A stretch of 64,000 nt of DNA, from the NCBI GenBank assembly GCA_964035545.1, contig OZ037770.1, forward strand, positions 4,310,662 through 4,374,661. Reading direction: 5' to 3'. Numbering within the stretch: position 1 is the stretch's first letter; every line of letters begins with the position of its first letter. Below are positions 54,964 through 64,000 of the stretch, piece after piece. The stretch is from Bugula neritina (Eukaryota; Animalia; Bryozoa). Made by a program: the position numbers and the translations under genes. The notes beneath the pieces are model-generated. The model was not told where the DNA came from. It worked only from the letters and a program-made list of their open reading frames with translations, and made no database searches.

Positions 54964-56217
54964 ATGGCAACTAACACTAGGTTCACCGACCTCAATCGGT
55001 TTCCTAAGTTAGTTTTGAGCTCCGATAATCAGAGTGATAGTTTCAAGAAATGGGTAGTAAAGTATAACCTGGCAGTTCGCTTAGCAACTCTCGAAATGGG
55101 TACTGAAACAGTCTCAGGAGACACTGCCAACAGGTTTAAAGGCAAAACCAAGTTTCTTGCTCTGCTCAATGCTATTGGAGACAGTCGCATTGATGTTCTG
55201 CAACCACTGGGTTTCGATCTTGAGAGGAATGATAATGGTGCTCATGATGAAGCGCTGAAACTGTTGAAAGGCCACTATGAAAAGACTGAAAACATTCATG
55301 TGGCTTGGGTCAAGGCAGCCACCTTATCTCAGACTTGTGGTGAGGATGAGCTGGAGTACTTACTACGTGTTGAAAAACACAGCAGGAAGTAAGGCTTTGT
55401 AGAAGGAGCAAACGTTGAGAATCTCAAGGAAAGATTTGCCATTAGCATGGCTGTAGTAGGGTTAAGAGATGAGTCGGTCAGGCGTCAACTCATGTTGGAT
55501 GAAAACATCACCTGGAAGACACTGTCTGACACTTTGAAGACTAAAAGCATTGCTAAAGAGTCCAACATAGTGGTCTCAGAGGCTAGATCAGGCGGTTCTA
55601 GTAATGTAGATAGTTCAGCAAAAGTGGCTGAAGTCAGAACCAAACCAGGTAAGAGAATGGGTGGAGGATCACCTATTAGGTCTAGCTATTACGATGAAAG
55701 GGACAGTCACAAATATAGAAAGAGCTCAATGAGCCCTAAGTCTAACAGGTATAGAGAAAGTTCTAGGGACAAGTTCAGAGGTAATTCCAGAGAAAGATAT
55801 AGAGATAGCCAAGGAGACAGATACAGGTCAAGGGACAGCAGCCGAGATTATCCTCGACACAAGTCCCCAGACTACAGGAGAAGGAGGATGAGTAGTGAAA
55901 GCAGTAATGGCAGTTCAGAAGGTCTATGTTACATCTGCTATAAACCAGATCACATGGCCAGGAATTGCCCAGAAATTAGGTGTTATGTGTGTGGACAACC
56001 TGCTCACATTGCAAAGAATTGCAGAATGCGCAGTTCCCGCAGAATGAGACATGAGTCTCCAAAAGGTAGCTATAGAAGCTCAAGGAACAGCAGCTCTGAC
56101 AGGGAGCAGACGGCAAACAGGGGAAACCATCTCTCGTGGAGATCCCCCAAGGAAGAGAGAGACAGTTCTCGGGAGAGGAACACTAGATCAAGTAAAGTTA
56201 GGTTTAATAGCAGCTGA
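54964..56217 (+). pseudogene. gag: gag of element D (internal TAA at 55390-55392), RS-rich with two CCHC knuckles
   Basis: VVGLRDESVRRQL; CYICYKPDHMARNC; CYVCGQPAHIAKNC. Confidence 0.85.
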
Positions 56218-59200
56218 CTATATGGCGGTGTTGACGCACTAAAGCAACATCTCAAGGTAGAAGGTAAAAGTATAGAGTTTGTTTTAGATACAGGAGCAAA
56301 GGTGTCTACTATCACTGAAAACACTTGTAAGACCTTGGCACTTAATCTCTGCAAGAGTGATAAAGTTTTAACAGGTGCTGACAACTCGCAGCTCTCTGTC
56401 ATAGGGAAAGCTGAGGTTCTTTTAGAAAGTAAGCTCAAGAAAACTAGTGCTTGCTTATATGTTCTCAAAGGGTCCAAGTCAAACTTTTTGGGCTTGAGGG
56501 AACTGAAAAATTTAAGTTTGTTGGCAGCCGTCAACGCGGTAAGTAAGGCAGAGTTTGATCCTCTCCAGAGGTACCCCCAGCTATTTAGCGGGTTGGGAAC
56601 AATGCCCGGTATATCTAGGATTAATCTCTACGAAGATGCGCAACCAAAGCGTCTATTCTCTCCCCGACCTATCCCTGTAGGTCTGAGAGATCAGGCTAAG
56701 GCTGAGATAGACAACATGATTAAATTAGGTATCATAGAACCGGTAGAGCAACCAACTGATTGGTGCTCGGGCCTGACCATAGCCCCTAAACCCGGTGGTA
56801 AGATAAGGATGTGTATTGACCTAACAATGCTTAACAAAAGTGTCAAACAGGAAGTATACCCCTTACCTAGGATCTCTGACATGCTGACACATCTAGCAGA
56901 AGGCACTATGTTTTCTAAATTAGATGCAAATTCAGGGTTTTGGCAGATAAAGATTCACGAGACCAGTAAACTGTACACCACTTTTGTAACCCCTTGGGGT
57001 AGGTTTTGTTTCAATAGGATGCCATTTGGTTCATCCAACGAGCCATGGAAAAAATACTGCTTGGCTTGGAGGGCGTGATATGTATGATGGACGACGTATT
57101 AGTGTTCGGCGCTACACCAGCCGAACATTGGGCTAGATTGGGTAAAGTTTTAGACAGGATAACAACTTCAGGAATGACCCTGAGATAGGAGAAATGCGAG
57201 TTTGGCTGCTCAGAAGTCAAGTTCATGGGCCATGTAGTCAGTGCGGTTGGCATCAAACCTGATCCAGAGAAGGTTAGAGCCATCCTAGAGTTGAACCCTC
57301 CTCGTAACAAAAAGGAGGGTAGAAGGTTCACAGGTATGGTTAACTACCTAAGCAAGTTTAGCTCTACAATTGCGGGGTTATGTCTGCCAATCCATGCTGT
57401 AACAGGTAACAAGAGCGACTGGTACTGGGGTCCAGACCAAGCCAAGGCTTTTGAGGATATAAAAGGGGAACTTTCCAAAACTCCTATACTATGCAACTTC
57501 AACGCGAAAAGCAAACACAGAGTCTCTGCAGACTCTAGTAGCTACGCTATAGGCGCAGTGCTTTTGCAGTTGAATGGGAAACACTGGCAACCTGTAGTGT
57601 ATGCCTCTAGGAAGTTATCCGAGGCAGAGACTAGGTATGCTATGATAGAAAAAGAAGCCTTGGCAACCACATGGGCTTGCGAGAAGTTTGATTACTATTT
57701 GGTAGGTAGGAAGTTTGAAGTGGAGACTGACCACAAGCCATTAGTCCCTATAATAGGCAAAAAGGATCTAACTAGTTTACCAATTAGGGTGCAGAGGTTT
57801 AAGCTACGGCTTATGAGTTACGATTTTGAAATATTTCACACCCCTGGTAGTAAAATGTATTTAGCAGATGCCTTGAGTAGGCCCTGCTCAGGGTTTGATG
57901 GTTCTACGGATCACGATAAAGCAGAAACCTTAGCAGTGGAAGAGTATGTTAGGGCTATCGTAGATAGCTCTCTGTACTCCGATTGCCGCCTCGAGGAAAT
58001 TCAAAAGGCGGTTGCAGACGATGAGTTTTATCATCTAGTTACAGGGTATCTAGTTAATGGGTGGCCTCCCAGCTACCCAGAAGAAGCACCCAACGAGTTC
58101 AGACGACTATATGGGTGTCGGCATCGACTGACCGTCATAGACGGCTTGCTCTACTATGATGCCAGGGTTTACATCCCTCAAATGCTCTGGGGCAACTATT
58201 TAGAGTTGTGTCACGAAGGTCATCAAGGTATCACTAAGTGTCGTAGGCAAGCACAACGACAGTTTTGGTGGCCAGGGTTGAGCTTTGATATTCAACATTA
58301 TGTGGAAAAGTGTAGCACTTGTATCATCCATGGTCAGGTCAAACACCAACCCCAACATGAGATAGAGCTACCTAGTGGCCCCTGGGAGGTGGTTGGCTCG
58401 GATATCTTCACTTTAGATGGTGAGCTATACTTGGTTGTAATAGATTATTACACTAGGTAGATAGAGACGGTACACATACATAGGCAGACCGCCCAGGCGG
58501 TCATACAGGCCATGAAGTACATTTACTCAAGGCTAGGTATCCCAAAAGTAGTAAGGTCAGACAATGGCCCCTGCTATAATTGCGATGAGTTCCTAAAGTT
58601 CGCTAAGAACTTTGGATTCAGGCTGGTGACAAGCAGCCCCCGATATCCGGAATCTAATGGTATGGCTGAAGGGGCCGTCAAGACCGTCAAGAGACTTTGG
58701 AAAAAGTCCGCGGATAAGGACTCAGCCCTTATGGCGTACCGAACAACCCCCCTAGCTTCGGGGTATTCTCCTAGTGAGCTTATGTTCGGTCGTTCAGTGA
58801 GGACACCGCTGGGCACCCCTAGGAATAATAGAGTAGATTACGATGACTTCGAACATCGTGACCTTGAACTCAAGGAAACGGCTAAGGTCCAACACGACAG
58901 GAAACATAGAGCAAAAGAGCTCCAGGAGTTGAAGCCAGGAGACACAGTTTCGGTTAAAGCACCTACTGATAGCGGGGCTGAAGAGATTATTCTTGAAAAA
59001 CACAATACCCCAGATAGCTACTGGGTGAAAGTAGGCTTAAGTGAGATCAGGAGGAACAGGAAGCATCTCAGGTTGTTACCAACTAACCTTCCTGAGGCCA
59101 AGGAGGGCGATACTCCTACAGCATCCAAGGAGTTCGAGTGCGACAGGTCAGATTCCCAACTGGGTGGCCCAGCCGACTCAGTTGAAACCTCCCTAGAGGA

Positions 59201-59354
59201 AGTGTCAGATACGCTCGATGATGGCACCTCTTTTTCTGAGGAGGTCAGAGCTAAAACTGCAGATCCAGAGGAAGTGGTGGAAACTGACGAAGAGCAAGCT
59301 GCTGTCGTCATCAGGAGCGGAAGGCAGATTAGGAATAAAAGGTTTGATGATTAG
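56218..59354 (+). pseudogene. pol: pol of element D, with a frameshift near 57035 and stops near 57187 and 58459
   Basis: LDTGA; KLDANSGFWQ; MMDDV; SADSSS; RSDNGP; SNGMAE. Confidence 0.9.
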
Positions 59355-59391
59355 GTGTATTATTGATTGTTTTTCACTATGTTTTAGAAAC

Positions 59392-60603
59392 ATGAGCAAA
59401 GAACGAGGTAACGATGATCAGGAGTGGAAGGTGAAAAAGAAGAAAGGGAAGAGGGAAAAGCTTGTGGCAAGAGGGGAGTCTACCGACTCAGAGGAAGGTA
59501 CAAGAACCACCAAGTCATACTTGGTGAAGAAAGATGGGAAAGAGACTACTGTCACTGCAGTAGTCATCACAAGGGACGATCAGCCTAGAAGGGTGCTGTA
59601 TGGCAACAGAGGCAAACTGAGCTGCATGCTCTGCAGAGCCAAGAGGGACCACATAGCGGCCCAATGTCCGGGACACTTCTGCCACAAGTGCCGCGAACAT
59701 GGCCACTGGGCTAGGGACTGCCCCCGTAACACCCAGTGCAGGTGGTGCCACAGCACCGAACACCAGGTGGAGGAATGCCCTCTAGGTGGTAGGACATTCA
59801 CAACCACCTCAGTCAAAAGGTCGGCAGAGGAGATCAGGACGACAACCACACCCACGGGTCCTGAACCCGCTAAGGTGGCAAGGTTTCAGAGCACTACACG
59901 AAGCTATGCTTCTGCAGTCAGTAACCTGACGACCAAAGGTAAGCCAGTCACCAGTACACATGCTAACATTGGCTCTTTTATAGAGAGTTTCAGCAACTTC
60001 AAGGAGGAGGACCTCAAACTCCAGATAGAGATTGTGAAAAAGGAGCGAGAAATGGAGATGAGGCGCCATGAGGCTAAGATGGCTGAGTTGGCAAAGAGGG
60101 AAAAAGAGGCACTACGCACCATGCGAAACCATTCCAAGCTGCAGTCAATCCTGGCCCAGCTTAGGGATGTGCAGGAGGATATGGAGACCGATGGTGAGGA
60201 GGAGGAGGTACCAACAGAGGTACCTAGTGCGATTGCGGAGAAATTACCGGTGGGCGACCTAGGTCAAACACCTGGTAAAGCGGCTATGCGGGAAGTCCAC
60301 CTCGGTGGCAAGCCGTTAGCCCACCCTGGTGGTGCTAACAACGATCACCTCAGTGATCAGGTTCACGACCACTCTAGTGGTCAGGTTAAAGTCCACTCTG
60401 GTGGCATTTTGGGGACCCACTCAGGTGGAGAACCAACTGAGGGACAGGGCGATACGGTCGAGGACGCTAGTCTGAAACCGGGTAGCCCAGAGGTTGGTGT
60501 TCATTCACCAACTGGTAACGTCGTGTCGACGAAGGAGAAAGAGCTAGATGTTGATGGCCAGGAGACCATCGATTATGGTGGGGGAGGAAAGACCAAGGAC
60601 TAG
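59392..60603 (+). CDS. Extra ORF3 of element D: three CCHC zinc knuckles, coiled coil, disordered tail (403 aa from ATG 59392)
   Basis: CMLC....DHIAAQC, CHKC...GHWARDC, CRWC...EHQVEEC; intact frame; candidate splice acceptor immediately upstream. Confidence 0.75.
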   Translation: MSKERGNDDQEWKVKKKKGKREKLVARGESTDSEEGTRTTKSYLVKKDGKETTVTAVVITRDDQPRRVLYGNRGKLSCMLCRAKRDHIAAQCPGHFCHKCREHGHWARDCPRNTQCRWCHSTEHQVEECPLGGRTFTTTSVKRSAEEIRTTTTPTGPEPAKVARFQSTTRSYASAVSNLTTKGKPVTSTHANIGSFIESFSNFKEEDLKLQIEIVKKEREMEMRRHEAKMAELAKREKEALRTMRNHSKLQSILAQLRDVQEDMETDGEEEEVPTEVPSAIAEKLPVGDLGQTPGKAAMREVHLGGKPLAHPGGANNDHLSDQVHDHSSGQVKVHSGGILGTHSGGEPTEGQGDTVEDASLKPGSPEVGVHSPTGNVVSTKEKELDVDGQETIDYGGGGKTKD

Positions 60604-63582
60604 TCTGACCCTGGCAATCAGTAACGCTTAGTTAATACCAACAAGGTAAGTCTATATCTAACCCTAAAACCTCACTTTCCTGTTGGTATGAAACCTAACA
60701 AGCTCGCTTGCTGAACTAACGGATAAGATTAATATCATTCCATGGTGTGGCTTAAAGCTTAATGGTGAACTTTGAGGTAGAAGTTTGGGTAAAGGTAGGT
60801 ATCTCATGAGTTCCTCTTTATGACCTTGAGTAACCTTCCTAACAAAGGAAATGCTACTACTTCAGTCTACCCTTATTAATATCCTCCATGATGTTCTTAA
60901 TTATATTCTCCCCAAAAGGGGGGCATGGAATATAATGTAGCTGATAGTATTAGCAGGTTAGCAGACGCTAACTAGACGTCATTGGAAACCGGACTGACTC
61001 GCCTTACCAGCGATCGGATTAACGACCAGCCTACCAGCTGGCTTGGAAACTAGACTACGGAAACAAGTAAACCACGAGGAGCCGGCACTCTTAAACTGAC
61101 TGTCAAGTAAGTCAAACGTTATATTTCATTTGTGTTTCATTTTTTTTGTGGAATTATTGTTTTGTTATCGAAAAGGGGATGCTTTTCGATGGGGAGAGAA
61201 TGTGATAGATTCTCATGCTCTACTCTTCTGCAGTAACTGCGTTCGTCAGTATTATAATTACTGTTGCGTATGTTTTTAATGCTGTAATTGTAGCTAAGTT
61301 GGGCTAGCTTTCTAATGCCCTATTATAGTGATTGTTGTTAAAGCTTTCAGTATAATGTAATTTTCATGAAATACGCATTTCCAGAGTTATTTTTATCGTT
61401 TTGCATTAATACTGATACTGGAAATTTGTGTGGCTTTTATGAATACCTTCAATAGGTTGTTATTATAGCTAAATTCTTGGCCTATTGAATTATTCATTCT
61501 CATTTTTTTTTTCTTTTGTTACTGTCAAGCTTAACTTTCTTTTGTCTGTTGGAACATTCTAGATGTGAATTCTTGTGTATAAAAGCAGGCGCGTTTCCAG
61601 TGTAGATACAGACTACTACTGGAGCTCGCTGGTAGTAGGACCACATGAGCTGTATCTGCTACAATAAAAGTTATCTTTCATTTGTACTCAAATACTTGGC
61701 TTATTCTTTCTAGAGCATGTAGGCATTAGTTGCATTCAGAACCCACAGTTTACTACAATATTAGTTGCTTATTAATTATCCTGTAATGAATTTTGAGAGT
61801 TGTCATCACTATGTAAGCCTCTAGTAACTATATGCTTCAATACTATAATTACTTATGGCGCATTTTTCTAAATATTGTAAATATATCGTTGTTAGGCTTT
61901 TAGCGTAGTGAATAGTTTATTCATATTATCCGTACTCTTAATTTATAACTGCTCACTCTAATTTTGTTTCATTTTTGCGTACTCATCGTAAATTGGCGTC
62001 GACTGAAGTTCTGCTTGTCGGTCGACCGACATTTCGAATGTCGGTTACTCAAAGCTTCGACATTCCAAATTTCAGCCAACACTTGGTCGAAGGTTCTAGA
62101 ATGCCCTTCTGTGCTAGGACAAAAAGAGGCGCGTTTTAAGCTTGTAAATCACTTGAAGATTGGAGCTCTTATTGAAAGGAACTACACTGCATAAAAAATC
62201 TGATTTTTATCGCACTACACAAGACTCTACTACCTCTTACTACTCGCAAGGAGTTATGTTCTCTGCCTGATTACATTCAAAACCCACAAGTTACTACAAT
62301 ACTTTTGATCTCTTTTTGCAAAATTTAAATATGCTCATGTAGCAATCCGAAACAGTTATTCTACATATGTTGCTTATTTGCTTAAAATGTTAGTGTGCAT
62401 GATATAACAATTGATAGATTTTAATTATAAACTTTTAGTTACCTTATCCTCATCACTGAAAACTTATTGCTTTGATGCATACATGCATGTATACTTTATA
62501 ACAACTTTAGTTTGAAATAATTAGGAGGCTTCATAGCCAATGCTTTTGTTTTGTATACCCTCTAATTGTATTTCATTGAGTTATCTACCTATAATGCTTA
62601 AAGGGCTTATAATGTAACCCATGGTATAACATTTAGAGTTATCTTTCCAATGTTAGAAGAGAAAATCAGAAATTTGTACCAAAAGATAATATGACAAAGA
62701 ACTGATGGATGAATAGACATTGCGAAGACATTATATACGGTAGACAGCGGCTTGCTGTGTAATAAAATATTTAATTCTTGTAGTATAAAAAAGTCTAACA
62801 TTATATTTAATTTTAGACTTAACCTCTTTTCAAATTACCAGGATAAAGTGATTATTGTTGTAGAATTAAAAGCTGCCCCACCCTTTTCATGGCTTACACG
62901 CATTTGTTATGAAAAATTGCCAATTTAAATAATGAATACTCGCCTCATTTTTTCTAGCTTTTTATATCAAGCATGTTTTGAATAATGCTTTTAAGCAGTA
63001 TAGTTAAACTTTTGTAAATTAGCTAACGCAACTGTCATATGATAAAACTTGATCTTAATGATATATTCTTGTATCTAGCTACTGAAAATATCTGTGGGTT
63101 CCTTTATTTTACTCTTTCTCTGTTATAGGTATTTTCAATGTTTTTATAAAGATTAGCTATAAACTAGTGAAGGTTGCTTTTTTCATGCAATGAGAAAATT
63201 ATTAAACAATTTGTCTTATTATATATATAGTCATCATGAATAGAAATAAGTAAAATCATAACAATCAAGTGTGGATTTATAAATATTATTAAATTGTTAT
63301 AGCGAAATAATAACCTAAAATTACACAGTTTTAAGTTATTGAACGTCACTTTATAGTTCAAAAGTTTAATTATCTTGTCCCAAAATCAATATATTCACTC
63401 TGAGAAAGTGCGTTGTCTTATAATGAAGAATGAAAATTTGCTTCTCAAACGATTTATGGGAAGCAGTATCATTTGAAATTTGATTCTTTTTGGCAAAATT
63501 TTATCTGAAACAAAGTACAATGGATAACAGCAGCATTATATGTGATGGCGTAATGGATTTATGTATAGGTAAAATGACCCAT

Positions 63583-63672
<90 letters not shown>

Positions 63673-63673
63673 C

Positions 63674-63845
<172 letters not shown>

Positions 63846-63882
63846 CTGAGGAAAAGAGCAATTTAATTATATAGATGTTGTT

Positions 63883-63935
63883 TTATTGTACTACTAATAG
63901 TTTCATGCCTCTTCGGCACTCCTCAGGCACAATAA
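63883..63935 (-). ncRNA. Hammerhead ribozyme, probably from a third Penelope family that runs off the window
   Basis: UUAUUGUGC-CUGAGGA-GUGCC-GAAGA-GGCAU-GAAAC-UAUUA-GUA-GUACAAUAA, near a (TA)n tract. Confidence 0.8.
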
Positions 63936-64000
63936 TATTGACAAATTTAAATTTTTACATTAAGAATATCAAAATGCTAAACACAAGGTAAAACGTAACA

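Larger units (their letters stand above)
54352..61128 (+). mobile_element. Complete Gypsy LTR retrotransposon D: 203-bp LTRs (54352-54554, 60926-61128), TSD TTTGT
   Basis: TG...CA LTRs differ at 3 positions by my reading; PBS TGGCGCAGTC; PPT AAAAGGGGGGCA; domain order gag-PR-RT-RH-IN. Confidence 0.95.

Noticed and set aside
59218-59391. N-terminal extension of ORF3 given in the ORF track (461 aa)
   Set aside because: It overlaps the pol tail and a putative splice acceptor; ATG 59392 is the more plausible start.

Overview
AT-rich eukaryotic (probably invertebrate) genomic DNA that is mostly nested mobile elements around one spliced host gene. (1) 1806-16467: an apparently intact 14.7-kb Polinton/Maverick (adintovirus-like endogenous virus) inserted in a (TA)n tract. 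It encodes pPolB, integrase, packaging ATPase, major and minor capsid proteins, an adenain protease, core proteins and candidate fibre proteins. Its most unusual features are two ~80-nt non-coding elements with a covarying three-way-junction fold, a TAAATG motif at 14 of 16 ORF starts and at both structured elements, 104-nt fold-back hairpins at both termini, and a Zn-ribbon/PLA2/integrase/chromodomain ORF. (2) Several Penelope-like retroelements with hammerhead ribozymes, all beside (TA)n tracts; one is interrupted by a CACAG-ended MITE and a TTAA-target element. (3) A minus-strand host gene of unknown function, with about 11 coding exons between 26614 and 50004. (4) Four Gypsy-type LTR retrotransposon pieces. 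One is complete with a TSD (54352-61128), a candidate UGA-CUA gag-pol readthrough, and an extra zinc-knuckle ORF in the env position. All calls come from reading the sequence by eye; no searches or folding programs were run.
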